DNA from: Gammaproteobacteria bacterium
GTDB lineage: Bacteria > Pseudomonadota > Gammaproteobacteria > Eutrophobiales > Eutrophobiaceae
Assembly (NCBI GenBank): GCA_965221695.1
Contig: OZ244905.1
Coordinates: 224,001 to 288,000, forward strand
Length of the DNA: 64,000 nucleotides
Reading direction: 5' to 3'
A program made the position numbers and the translations under genes. Shown here piece after piece: positions 40,625-50,412 of the stretch (position 1 is its first letter; each line of letters opens with the position of its first letter). Below the pieces are notes generated by a model. That model was not told where the DNA came from. It did no database searches and worked only from the letters and a program-made list of their open reading frames with translations.

Positions 40625-41205
40625 TGGTTTCTCTTCAGGGTGACGGACTGGATCGCTACACTGGCTTCCTCATGTGTTTTTCCGTGTTCACGCTCGCGTA
40701 TATATGCGCGGCATTTCAGTACGCCTTTCAATAAGTGTTTTTCAATTGAACTGAGGGTCAAATTCATTCGTTTCGCTATTTCCTTGTGGGACAAGCCATG
40801 CACCTTGCGCAGCAGAAATACTCGCCGGCACTGATCCGGCAGGGCGGTTACGGCCTCACAATAAATGCCGATATGCTGCCTGGCTTCGGCCTCACTTTCG
40901 GTTGTATTTTCCGACTCTATGATTATCGGCAGTTCATAATCCTCAATATAGTGGGTAATCTGTCGGGACTTTTTGTTGAGTGTTGTTATCGCAATATTTC
41001 TGGCTATCCGAAACAGGAACGCTTTGGGGTGATTAATGACCTTTTGCCGCTCGGCGTTGTATGCTCGCAGGTAAGTCTCTTGCACAACGTCTTCTATATC
41101 CTGGCGTTCAGTAAAATAACGAGCCAGAAATTTCCGTAGAAACGTGGCGTTTTCCAGGAATGAAACTGTCACCGAGGCAGGTTGTCGTTTCCTGTGTTTA
41201 TGCAT
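40621..41205 (-). CDS. ECF sigma-70 factor (FecI-like)
   Basis: EDVVQETYLR, AFLFRIARN and LP.QCRRVFLLRKVHGLSHKEIA motifs. Confidence 0.92.
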   Translation of the reverse strand: MHKHRKRQPASVTVSFLENATFLRKFLARYFTERQDIEDVVQETYLRAYNAERQKVINHPKAFLFRIARNIAITTLNKKSRQITHYIEDYELPIIIESENTTESEAEARQHIGIYCEAVTALPDQCRRVFLLRKVHGLSHKEIAKRMNLTLSSIEKHLLKGVLKCRAYIREREHGKTHEEASVAIQSVTLKRNQ

Positions 41206-41383
41206 AGTTCGTATTCATGCCGCAGTCGGACCATATGATAATAGACACACGAGAGCCGTAATACCGCACACTGCGAATTAATTTTTGAGAACGTCCTATG
41301 GCGGCGCTTCTATGAATATCGCTTAGGCTGTAGCCAAACGCTGCGCGGAGAAACCCCGGCGCCACCCTGGGAGCGCTTCAGTT

Positions 41384-41465
41384 GATGTGCAATTCAGTGG
41401 CGTCGATGAGAAATCGGTGATTATCCTTGGAGAGCAACAGGCTGTGCTGATTGATGCGTAATGGA
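41384..41465 (+). repeat. Degenerate direct copy of 42515-42596 (5' part of the MBL-SnoaL gene)
   Basis: Colinear ~82 bp; CAA to TAA change creates a stop. Confidence 0.85.
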
Positions 41466-41485
41466 TAGACAGTCAGGTGTAAGAT

Positions 41486-41908
41486 TTATCTGCTATCCCA
41501 TGGATTGATAACAGTGATGCCACAATCTTCATAATCCGACACATTCCGCGTCGCAACAGCCATACTTCTTGAGTGCGCTATGGCCGCAATTTGTCCATCA
41601 AACTGCGATATCGGTTTTCCGGCTTTGCGACGTGTCGAAGCAATTTCAGCATAGGCGTATGTGGCGGCGCTGTCGAAAGTGAGCATCCGCCCTGCAAAAA
41701 GATAGTTAAAAGCATGTCCTGCCGCATTGGCAAGTTCGCTTCGCCTCCTACCTTCGGGCAGGAACGCTATGCCAGTGAGTATCTCCGCTTGTGTGACGGC
41801 AGTCACATATAAATCGTGTTTGGGACGCTCATCCAACCAAGCCATTACTTCGGAACTTGGCGTATGACGCATTACCTCAGAGATGATATTCGTATCAAGA
41901 ATAAACAA
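41486..41908 (-). CDS. vapC: PIN-domain toxin (VapC/FitB)
   Basis: ILDTNIISE, FD.QIAAIA and ATRN..D motifs; TTG start inferred. Confidence 0.92.
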   Translation of the reverse strand: MFILDTNIISEVMRHTPSSEVMAWLDERPKHDLYVTAVTQAEILTGIAFLPEGRRRSELANAAGHAFNYLFAGRMLTFDSAATYAYAEIASTRRKAGKPISQFDGQIAAIAHSRSMAVATRNVSDYEDCGITVINPWDSR

Positions 41909-41915
41909 GGCCGAA

Positions 41916-42161
41916 CTATTCGAACATGCGCGATTCGCGCATCGGCTCACGGGGTGATATTTTCAGTTCGACACCGCCAAGAGGTTTGAAGAGTTCATGC
42001 AGGGCGGCTCCTAATCCTTTCTCCGGCTTTAAATCCTGCTCAACTGCGCTGGCAAGTATTTGGCGGGCTTCCTCTTCCATAGAACGCCCGTGTCCGGCTG
42101 CGCGCATCCTGAGATGTAGTTTTACTTTATCGTCCAGATTGCGAATTGTGATACTAGCCAT
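41916..42161 (-). CDS. FitA/StbC-like ribbon-helix-helix antitoxin
   Basis: MASITIRNLDD.VK..LR.RAA.HGRSMEEEARQIL. Confidence 0.92.
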   Translation of the reverse strand: MASITIRNLDDKVKLHLRMRAAGHGRSMEEEARQILASAVEQDLKPEKGLGAALHELFKPLGGVELKISPREPMRESRMFE

Positions 42162-42187
42162 AATCGTGCCGCTGTCTTGAAATACCA

Positions 42188-42218
42188 CGTATAGTATACG
42201 ATGATTGCATTGCAATCA
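42188..42218. promoter_or_regulatory. Candidate autoregulatory operator of the FitAB module
   Basis: Adjacent inverted repeats CGTATA-G-TATACG and TGATTGCA-T-TGCAATCA just upstream of the antitoxin. Confidence 0.5.
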
Positions 42219-42403
42219 AATAATTCATGAACGATAAAGCCTTATGCTCAGGGTGCTGCACGCCCCGATTGTATGTGTTTTGGCACAGACCAGGGCATTC
42301 TACCGCATCACTCCAGCAAAATCAGAACCAGGAGCAGGGGAGTGAGTGGTGTTGTATAATCAAAACACAAACGATCTTCTCAGCTTGGGGGGTGCTGCAA
42401 ATT

Positions 42404-43771
42404 ATGCGTAATATAGGCAAATCTGCTTTTTTTTCTTTGTCGGTAGCTGTTCTTTTATCAGTCTCTGCGCTGGGCAGAGCGGTCTTTGCAGGTGGGCTTG
42501 AGTTTCTCTCTTACGATGCGCAGTTCAGCGGCGTCGGTGAGAAATCAGTGATTATCCTGGGAGAGAGACAGGCTGTGCTGATAGATGCGCAATGGAAACT
42601 GTCTGATGCGAAAAATGTCGCCGGTATGATTCTTGATTCAGGCAGGGAACTGACTCATGTCCTGATCAGCCACGGCCACCCCGACCATTATTGGGGGCTG
42701 GCTGCGATACTGGAACAGTTTCCCCAGGCACAGGTACTGGCGCGCCAGGGCACCCGGGATGAAATTGCCAACCAGTTTGCAGCCAAGTGGATCCATTGGC
42801 AACCGCTGTTTGGCGATGATGTGCCCACAACACCGGTCGTGCCGGAAGTATTTGAAGGTGATACGGTGTTGCTCGAAGATAAGGAGATCCGCGTGATCGA
42901 CCTGCCGGCGAATGAGGTAGAACACTCGGTTGCCTATTATGTGCCTTCCGAGCAGGTGTTAATTGCCGGTGACTTGATCTTCTCCCGTATGCACAGTTAT
43001 TTTGCCGATTTGAGTAATCCCTCCGGCTGGATAGAGGCGTTGGAATTGGTGAAGACCGCCGGTCCCATCAAGACGGTTTACCCCGGACATGGTCCCAACG
43101 GTGATGCGAGCCTGATAGATGATACCATCCATTACATGCAGGTGTATCAATCTCATGCCAAACCCGGTGTGCCGTTACCTGACATCATCCGGGGCATGAC
43201 CGCAGCATTTCCCGATTACGGGGGTGAGATGTTGTTGTGGTGGACCCGCGGCCCGGGTTTCGGTATTTTCGGACCGCGTTCCCTGGGTGTTCCGGAACCG
43301 TTGCTAGTAGGGTTGCCACCGCACCTGGTCGGCCCGGCGCCCGGTTGCAGCGCTCCCAACAAGGCGCTGGTGGAGAAATTGTTTCTTCAGGGCTTCAGCG
43401 GTGGCAATATGGCCGTGCTGGATGAGGTAATTGCCGAAAATTTCCGGTTCAGCTATCCGGGATTTCCGGACGGCCTCGATGGTCTCAAGGCGATAGTACA
43501 GAAAAACAATACCAGCTTTGAAGATTGGCAGTTCCAAATGCACGATACGTTGTGCGATGGTGACAAGGTGACTGTGCGCTGGTCAGGACAGGGCAAACAC
43601 GTGGCATCTTTCATGGGTGAAGCGCCAACGGGAAACCAGGTTGAATTAACCGGTATTTCCATTTTCCTGATAGAAAACAACAAGATCAGCGCAGACTGGG
43701 CAGCGCCGGACAACCTCGATTTCCTGCAACAACTCGGGGTATTGAGCATGCCTGATATGTCAGATATGTAA
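42404..43771 (+). CDS. Exported MBL-fold hydrolase fused to SnoaL-like/ester cyclase domain
   Basis: SHGHPDH, IAGDL and YPGHG motifs; C-terminal NKALV...GDKV.VRW...G.H...FMG.APTG..V...G. Confidence 0.82.
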   Translation: MRNIGKSAFFSLSVAVLLSVSALGRAVFAGGLEFLSYDAQFSGVGEKSVIILGERQAVLIDAQWKLSDAKNVAGMILDSGRELTHVLISHGHPDHYWGLAAILEQFPQAQVLARQGTRDEIANQFAAKWIHWQPLFGDDVPTTPVVPEVFEGDTVLLEDKEIRVIDLPANEVEHSVAYYVPSEQVLIAGDLIFSRMHSYFADLSNPSGWIEALELVKTAGPIKTVYPGHGPNGDASLIDDTIHYMQVYQSHAKPGVPLPDIIRGMTAAFPDYGGEMLLWWTRGPGFGIFGPRSLGVPEPLLVGLPPHLVGPAPGCSAPNKALVEKLFLQGFSGGNMAVLDEVIAENFRFSYPGFPDGLDGLKAIVQKNNTSFEDWQFQMHDTLCDGDKVTVRWSGQGKHVASFMGEAPTGNQVELTGISIFLIENNKISADWAAPDNLDFLQQLGVLSMPDMSDM

Positions 43772-43878
43772 CCCGGATTTCCCGGTTTGAACTGCATTGA
43801 GTAGCCTCAGTGATTTAAGACGCAGAGGCTCGTTCATTTTATGTTGTAAAACATGCATTATAATGCTAATTTTACAAC

Positions 43879-45063
43879 ATGATAAATCGCCACGTCCATC
43901 CTGCCATTGAACAGCTCTTGTCTGAACAGGCCGCTGTTGCGTTGCTTGGCTCGCGCCAGGTCGGCAAAACCACACTGGCGCGGCAGATTGCAAAAACCCG
44001 CGCCGCTGTTTATTTTGATCTGGAAGAGCCTGAGACCACACCGTTATTCGAAAATCCGCGTTCCATGCTTTCACGCTATGCGGATAAACTGGTCATCCTG
44101 GATGAAATCCAGCGCGTCCCGGGTTTGTTTGAATCAATCCGGGGTTTAATCGATACTTACCGCCAGGAAGGCCGTGGCGTCGGAAAGTTTCTGCTGCTTG
44201 GCTCAGCTTCAATCGACCTCTTGCGTCAGACCTCTGAATCGCTGGCGGGACGCGTCAGTTACCGAGAACTGGGGCCTCTGAACCTGTTGGAAACAATTGC
44301 TGCCGGTATCCCCAAGTCAGAAGACAGACTTTGGTTACGCGGTGGTTTCCCCAACGCGTTCCTTGCCAAATCCGACAGGTCGAGCATGACCTGGCGCAGG
44401 GATTTTGTTCGAACCTACCTGGAACGGGACATTCCCTCGTTCGACTCCCGGGCGCCGGGTGAGACACTCAGGCGTTTCTGGACGATGCTTGCGCACAACC
44501 AGGGAGGTCTGCTGAATGCGGCCGGCCTGGCGGCATCATTGGCAGTAGATACCCGAACCGTGAATCGTTATCTGGACTTGCTGGTTGACCTGTTGCTGAT
44601 CAGGCGCCTGCAACCCTGGCACGGCAATATTAAAAAGCGGCTGGTGCGCTCACCGAAAATTTACCTGCGCGATAGCGGCATCGTGCACTGCCTGCTTAAC
44701 CTCGTCTCGCTTGATGCCGTATTAGGTCATCCGGTTGCCGGAATGAGTTGGGAAGGGTTTGTTGTGGAAAATATTCTGACCGCCGCGCCTGAATGGGTAC
44801 AGCCGTTCTTTTATCGCACTGCAAGAGGCGCCGAGATTGATTTGGTCCTTGAATTCGCACCCGACCAGCGTTGGGCAATCGAAATAAAACGTGCAGCGAC
44901 ACGGCCCAGGCCTTCCGCCGGATTCCATATCGGCAGTGAGGATATCAAAGCAAAACGACGCCTGGTGATTTATCCCGGCGAGCACAGTTTTGTACAGGGC
45001 GACAATGTGGAGACCATGCCTTTACAAGTCTTGATGGAACAATTGACTGCTATGGATGATTAG
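43879..45063 (+). CDS. AAA+ ATPase with DUF4143 domain
   Basis: GSRQVGKTT, ILDEIQ, LLGSAS, ESLAGR, RGGFP, SPKIYLRDSG and EIDLV..AIEIK motifs. Confidence 0.9.
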   Translation: MINRHVHPAIEQLLSEQAAVALLGSRQVGKTTLARQIAKTRAAVYFDLEEPETTPLFENPRSMLSRYADKLVILDEIQRVPGLFESIRGLIDTYRQEGRGVGKFLLLGSASIDLLRQTSESLAGRVSYRELGPLNLLETIAAGIPKSEDRLWLRGGFPNAFLAKSDRSSMTWRRDFVRTYLERDIPSFDSRAPGETLRRFWTMLAHNQGGLLNAAGLAASLAVDTRTVNRYLDLLVDLLLIRRLQPWHGNIKKRLVRSPKIYLRDSGIVHCLLNLVSLDAVLGHPVAGMSWEGFVVENILTAAPEWVQPFFYRTARGAEIDLVLEFAPDQRWAIEIKRAATRPRPSAGFHIGSEDIKAKRRLVIYPGEHSFVQGDNVETMPLQVLMEQLTAMDD

Positions 45064-45098
45064 CGAGACACCCGCGCTCCCAGGGCCCAGGGGGCATT

Positions 45099-46271
45099 CT
45101 ATACCAGGCAGGATTTCAGTTTTTGCAGGTCCGCATGGCGGCTTGGTATGTCGTCACGATTTGCAGCCAATCTCAGATCGCGTAGTTTTTCCAGTGCGTT
45201 CAGCAGGACGGGGAGGGGTGGACCGCTGGCGGTGATGTTCACCAGTCCTTCTTCGGGCAGTTCGGCGGCCGGTTTCTCGATAAACTTCTGCACCAGTTTA
45301 TCATGGTGCGAGGCTGCGCCGCGGCCATGCAGGTCGACGACCTCCAGGTACGCGGTCAGGTTATTTTGAAACCAATCCTTGTCGCGGCGCTTGTCCATGT
45401 CCTCCAGGAACTGGTCCAGGAAACTTTTTCGACGCATGCAATCCCGCAGTAATTGCTGCTCTTCGGGCAGCATGAACAGGAACTTGTCTACCAGCACCTG
45501 CGAATAGGACGGGTTATCAGCGCTGCACAGGCCCAGCAGCAGGTCGATCACGTTGATGCCGGCAAAATCGCCGGCGTTGGCGCCGCGATACACATTGGGC
45601 CCGACCCGGTAGGGTTTGTAGTATGGGCGCACGCAGTTGAAGAAACGATCGGTATCCAGTTCGTCAAACAGGCAATCGTTGAAGCGGATCACGTCTTCCA
45701 GCGCGGTTTTGGCGAGGCCGAACAGGTGAGCGGCCAGGGGATGGGATATGCCCATGGGCAGGATGCGCCACAGCGCGTCGGCGGCGCGCTGGTACGCGAA
45801 TATCCCAAGAATGTTGTAATCCAGGAACAGGAACTCATCTTTTAATGAAGTGAACGAGCGGTAAACACCGTCTTTTGCCGGATTGAAAGTCGCCATGTGA
45901 CTGGTCGCAAAACGCGGAGTCACACCCAGGGTTGTTGCCAGTTGCAGCGCAAGCGCGGAGGCCTCGACCAGGGGAGAGGTCGTCTCCCGTGACGGTTCGG
46001 TGATATCATGCCGGCGGCATGCGGCCATGAAAAAGCCGACGCATCCAAGCAGGTTGTATTGCTTGTCGAACCCCTCATCTGTATTGCCTTCCTTGAGCAG
46101 CGGAGCGATATGGCTGTTGCCTTCCGCAACCAGGTTTGCCTTAATAGTGTCGCCGACACCGGAAACGGCTTGCCGGTCTTCTTGGGCAAAATAAATTTCC
46201 TCCAGCTCGGTGTTCATTTCTACGAATGCGGAGCGGAGCCAGTTATCGAAAAGTTCTACGTTTTTGCTCAT
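45099..46271 (-). CDS. PrnB/IDO-like heme-dependent enzyme (DUF1864-like)
   Basis: FF..VRPYYKPYRVG...YRGANAGDFAGIN.IDLLLG and TASGPPL motifs. Confidence 0.75.
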   Translation of the reverse strand: MSKNVELFDNWLRSAFVEMNTELEEIYFAQEDRQAVSGVGDTIKANLVAEGNSHIAPLLKEGNTDEGFDKQYNLLGCVGFFMAACRRHDITEPSRETTSPLVEASALALQLATTLGVTPRFATSHMATFNPAKDGVYRSFTSLKDEFLFLDYNILGIFAYQRAADALWRILPMGISHPLAAHLFGLAKTALEDVIRFNDCLFDELDTDRFFNCVRPYYKPYRVGPNVYRGANAGDFAGINVIDLLLGLCSADNPSYSQVLVDKFLFMLPEEQQLLRDCMRRKSFLDQFLEDMDKRRDKDWFQNNLTAYLEVVDLHGRGAASHHDKLVQKFIEKPAAELPEEGLVNITASGPPLPVLLNALEKLRDLRLAANRDDIPSRHADLQKLKSCLV

Positions 46272-46390
46272 TGAATAGCCTGTTATACACGAGAAAACAA
46301 CAGATCATGCAGATATTACCAAACAACCATCTATGTCGTGAACAAATCCCGGTTTATTTGCAGAGCAAGTAGTAACCTGGGTGTGACTTT

Positions 46391-46467
46391 ATTCCCGTGA
46401 GAATCCTCGTTTTCACGGGACAGGTTACGGAATCCAGTGGGCAAAGGGTCGCCTTTCAGGCGTCACC
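46391..46467 (-). repeat. Degenerate family-A repeat
   Basis: ATTCCCGTG..CACGGGA..GGAATCCAGTGG..AAAGGGTCGCC. Confidence 0.6.
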
Positions 46468-47788
46468 CGAGCAACGCCCGCAAAAACTCGGGCATCTTGA
46501 TCGCCGATATGGTTACTGACAGCAACAACGCCGCCAATAATATCAGGTTGCGAGCAATACTGCCGGTGTGTTCTCCCATAACGGATCTCTTATTGATCAG
46601 AATGATCACAATAAGATAGACCAGCGGTACCACAATTGCGTTGATCCCCATCAGCAGAAGGAGCTTGAACAGGGCAGGAAAGGTCCATAGGGGAGCCAGC
46701 AGCGCGGGTAGGATAATGCAGACAGTCACCGTGAGCCTGAAACCCCTGTTGTCGAGGGTATGATGCCAGGCATAACCGAACATATCGAGAATGAAGTAGG
46801 TGATGACCTCCACTGTGACGATGAATGTGGTTAGCCCCGCAATGATCATTCCGGCTGAAAATACCAAAGGCCCGAGGTATTCAAGCCCTTGAGGAAACGC
46901 ACGCAGCAGTATCCTGCTTGCTTCGTGGACCGAATCGATCTCTGCATGGTTGGCCAGTGGGTACAAGGCAAAGCCGCCGGCGATAATGATGCACAGAGCA
47001 CAGGCGCAATAGATGACACCCAGGTTGATGACCGAATTGCGGAATTCCTGCCGGATATCCACCGCCCCCTCCTGCCGATTGTCCGCGCTCATGTAAGGCA
47101 TCCCCAGCATTGCCGCCGGCGCCAGGACGCTGCCGACAATACCCATAATCACAATGCCGCTGCTGCGCGCCGTGTCTCTGCCAGGAACAGGCAGGTCTTC
47201 AGGCACGTTAGGCATTATTCCAGCAAGGATGGCGGACAGTTCCGTAAAGCCGCGCAGCGCGACGATCAGAAAACAGCCTAACATCAATAATAAAAATACG
47301 GTCATGTAGCGTTGCATACGCTGGTAACCTTCCGAGGTCAGCAACCAGACGATGCCGGCAGCAAATGCCAGGGATACAACCAACTCAACATTCCGATAGT
47401 TGCTGCCGGCCATGTCTGCCGCTGTTTCAGGCGGATAATAGCCAAACAGAGACAACGCCGCGGAGGTCATGACTGACATCTGTCCCATGCCTATTAGCAG
47501 GTGAACCGGGATATTGATTGCCAACAGCAACCAGCCCACACCGGGATGCAGATATTTGCAGATCAGCGAGAACATCCCCTCATTTTTGTTGAGCAAGCCG
47601 ATACGCGCGGCGCTGTCCACCGTTATTACCAGCAGAGGCACGGTCAACAGGACGACCCAGAGAAGCTCATAGCGAAACCAGGCGCCGCTCAGAATTAGCG
47701 ATGAAGCCGAGCCGGCGCCGATAGAAGCTGCTGCCATCACTGCGGCGGGGCCGATAATCCTCTGGTAAAATCCAGGCAAATTTCGCAT
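46463..47788 (-). CDS. NRAMP-like membrane transporter
   Basis: IGPA.VMAAA.IG.GS....GA.F.YELLW N-terminus; about 11 TM segments; INKR.VMGEH. Confidence 0.75.
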   Translation of the reverse strand: MRNLPGFYQRIIGPAAVMAAASIGAGSASSLILSGAWFRYELLWVVLLTVPLLVITVDSAARIGLLNKNEGMFSLICKYLHPGVGWLLLAINIPVHLLIGMGQMSVMTSAALSLFGYYPPETAADMAGSNYRNVELVVSLAFAAGIVWLLTSEGYQRMQRYMTVFLLLMLGCFLIVALRGFTELSAILAGIMPNVPEDLPVPGRDTARSSGIVIMGIVGSVLAPAAMLGMPYMSADNRQEGAVDIRQEFRNSVINLGVIYCACALCIIIAGGFALYPLANHAEIDSVHEASRILLRAFPQGLEYLGPLVFSAGMIIAGLTTFIVTVEVITYFILDMFGYAWHHTLDNRGFRLTVTVCIILPALLAPLWTFPALFKLLLLMGINAIVVPLVYLIVIILINKRSVMGEHTGSIARNLILLAALLLSVTISAIKMPEFLRALLG

Positions 47789-47859
47789 TATCTTTGGTCT
47801 GATTTTGAGTGAGTTTTACAAACCAGCTTGTTCACTGCGTTCACGAAATTGTCTCCCAT

Positions 47860-47952
47860 CCCATTCCCGCGCAAGCGGGAATCCAGTGGAAAAACGGGTC
47901 GTCTTGCGGGCGACACAGTATTTGATTGGACTCCTGTTTGCGCGAGAGTGCT
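47860..47952 (-). repeat. Family-A REP-like repeat
   Basis: CATTCCCGCGCAAGCGGGAATCCAGTGG..GGGCGACACAGTATTTGATTGGACTCC. Confidence 0.85.
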
Positions 47953-48000
47953 AGTGTGGTTGCGTTCATGGGAGCGTCTCCCTGCCATATGCTGACAAAA

Positions 48001-49656
48001 TCAACCACGCTCAAAACGCGTCCAGTAATCACGCACGGTCTGTTTCATGTCCCGACGCAGCAGCATGATACCGAACAGGTTCGGGAGCGCCATCAGCGCC
48101 AGAGTAACAGCAGAGAATAACCATACCATGGAAGTATCAACCACTGCGGCCGTAAAAAATGCCGCGCAATAAAACAGGCGGTAAGGCAAAACCCAGCGCA
48201 ATCCGAACAGGTAAGTGATGGCGCGATCGCCATAGTAAGACCAGGCAATAGCAGTGCTGAATGCGAACAGCATCAGGCCCAGTGTCACGGCATACTGACC
48301 ATAATCACCCAGAAAACTGCGCTTGAACGCCTCAACCGTCAACGGCACGGAATGCAACAGAGACTTGCCGCGCAATGAGATATTGTCGGCAAGCGAACCG
48401 TCTTTAATCACTATGGTTCCGTTGTGCGCTTCCCCATCAATGTGAAAATATACATCCTCGGCAATTGAACGGTTGTGCAAGATGGTGATTGAAGCATCAG
48501 TAAGACGCCCGTTCACGACCTTAAAGCGGCCGTTGGCAAGTTCAATCGATGCGGCTGTCGGGTCCTGATCATTGAGATACTGAAACAACACCTGCACATG
48601 CTCAGGGTCGTCATCGGAGTAGACGCCGCTGATGAACCGGGTGTCAAATGCCTGGAACTCGGTATCGAATTTTTCCTTCCATACTCCCGAAGATAGAATC
48701 ACCAAGGCCGTCAATGTGCAGATAACCAGGGTGTCAAGAAAAGGTTCGAGCAGGGATACCATGCCTTCGGACACCGGTTCATCGCCCTTGGCTGAGGCAT
48801 GTGCGATGGGCGCTGAACCCTGGCCCGCCTCGTTTGAGAACAATCCCCGGTTGACACCCCGGTTAAACGCGTAGGCAAAAGTGGCGCCCAGAAACCCTCC
48901 GCTCGCGGCAGTATCGGTAAATGCGCTGTTGAATACACTGCAAAAAGCAGGGACTACTGCGTCAATATTGGCAACAATGACCGCCATTGCTGCAACAAAA
49001 TAAAGCAAACCCATGATCGGCACAATCGCTGAGGTTACCCGGGCAATTCGGCGAATGCCTCCCAGTATGACCAGGCCGAGTAAAACGGCGAATAGAGCGC
49101 CGCTTGCCCATGTTGGAATACCAAAGGAAGTCTGCAGACCGGCCGCCATATTATTGCTCTGCGGCATGTTGCCGGAGCCCAAGGTGCTAAAAATGGTGGC
49201 TATGGCAAAAAAAACGGCCAGCCATTTCATGTTCAGCGCGCGTTCCATATAGTACATCGGACCGCCGGCCATCTCGCCATTTTCGTCCTTGATCCGATAT
49301 TTATGTGAAATAGTCACCTCAACGAATTTGGTCGTCATACCGACGAAAGCCGTCGCCCACATCCAGAACAGCGCCGCGGGTCCGCCCAGGTGTAAGGCAA
49401 GGGCTACGCCACCTATATTACCCGTGCCCACGGTGCCGGACAAGGCTGTTGACAAGGCCTGAAAATGCGATGTGTCACCCTCCGCGTCATGGCTGGTGTA
49501 ACGTCCTGTCAGCGTTGCCCAGGCGCGTTTGAAGTAGCGAACCTGCGGAAAACCCAAGTAGAACGTAAAAAATACGCCGACACCGAGCAACAGCCAGGGG
49601 AAATACCAGGCCGCGCCCAGGATTCCATCAAGAAAAGCAAGAAAGTCGTTCAGCAT
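48001..49656 (-). CDS. Sodium:alanine/glycine symporter (AGCS family)
   Basis: [33 protein letters not shown] and [17 protein letters not shown] motifs. Confidence 0.93.
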   Translation of the reverse strand: MLNDFLAFLDGILGAAWYFPWLLLGVGVFFTFYLGFPQVRYFKRAWATLTGRYTSHDAEGDTSHFQALSTALSGTVGTGNIGGVALALHLGGPAALFWMWATAFVGMTTKFVEVTISHKYRIKDENGEMAGGPMYYMERALNMKWLAVFFAIATIFSTLGSGNMPQSNNMAAGLQTSFGIPTWASGALFAVLLGLVILGGIRRIARVTSAIVPIMGLLYFVAAMAVIVANIDAVVPAFCSVFNSAFTDTAASGGFLGATFAYAFNRGVNRGLFSNEAGQGSAPIAHASAKGDEPVSEGMVSLLEPFLDTLVICTLTALVILSSGVWKEKFDTEFQAFDTRFISGVYSDDDPEHVQVLFQYLNDQDPTAASIELANGRFKVVNGRLTDASITILHNRSIAEDVYFHIDGEAHNGTIVIKDGSLADNISLRGKSLLHSVPLTVEAFKRSFLGDYGQYAVTLGLMLFAFSTAIAWSYYGDRAITYLFGLRWVLPYRLFYCAAFFTAAVVDTSMVWLFSAVTLALMALPNLFGIMLLRRDMKQTVRDYWTRFERG

Positions 49657-49845
49657 TATTATTGTAATCCCCACATGATCAGGGCGCTGCTCATGCAGAT
49701 AACCCAAACCAGGTTATGCATCCATACTACTCCCACCCCGCTCAGCGCCATACGAGGACAGGCTGAAAAGTTTGCTCCCGTGAAAACGGGAGTTTATACG
49801 GGAATGGTACCGGAGATAGTATAGTTATACTACAAATTATATTGT

Positions 49846-49942
49846 AGAAGCTCTGAACAAATCCATTTCTGGTTTGTCCTACAAAGGAGTCTTTAGAAAT
49901 AGGGGTTCCTAAACAGAAAAATCTGACTCAGTTAGAGTTTCT
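49846..49942. mobile_element. Degenerate family-B MITE
   Basis: GAAGCTCTGAACAAATCC...TCTGACTCAGTTAGAGTTTC resembles 61795-61873. Confidence 0.6.
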
Positions 49943-49989
49943 GCATTTTATATCATGAGAACTTTCAATCAAACACACAGGAGAAAACA

Positions 49990-50346
49990 ATGAACAAACT
50001 TGGCGCATTTATCATGAGTATGTTTTTGCTGTCTTTGGCTGCACAGGCCGATCACCATGTTGGCGGCAAACACGCGGGAAAACACAAAGACAGACTGATC
50101 AGCAATCTGGACCTCACAGAGGACCAGAGACAACCGGTTACAGACATTCTCAAGGAACAATGGAAAAAGCGTAAGGAAATCATGCAGCCAGCCTTAGATC
50201 AGGTCCAACCGGAGATGGAAACTCTGCGCGAGGAAACCAGGCAACGACTGGCAGCGGTTCTGACCGAGGAGCAGTTACAAAAGTATGATGAACTGAGCAG
50301 CAAGCGGCAGGAGCGGATGCAGAAACGTTTTCGGCGCCAGCAATAA
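49990..50346 (+). CDS. Small periplasmic helical protein, Spy/CpxP-like
   Basis: Signal peptide AQA; LDLTEDQ and VLTEEQ LTxxQ motifs. Confidence 0.7.
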   Translation: MNKLGAFIMSMFLLSLAAQADHHVGGKHAGKHKDRLISNLDLTEDQRQPVTDILKEQWKKRKEIMQPALDQVQPEMETLREETRQRLAAVLTEEQLQKYDELSSKRQERMQKRFRRQQ

Positions 50347-50412
50347 AGCTATTGGCGCCAATCGTAAGCCAATCACTGTCGCATACTTGCCATGCGCTGG
50401 ACGGTATAAGTC

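Noticed and set aside
43769-43790. TAACCCGGA after the MBL-SnoaL stop, resembling the cargo junction motif
   Set aside because: Only ~9 bp match; chance cannot be excluded
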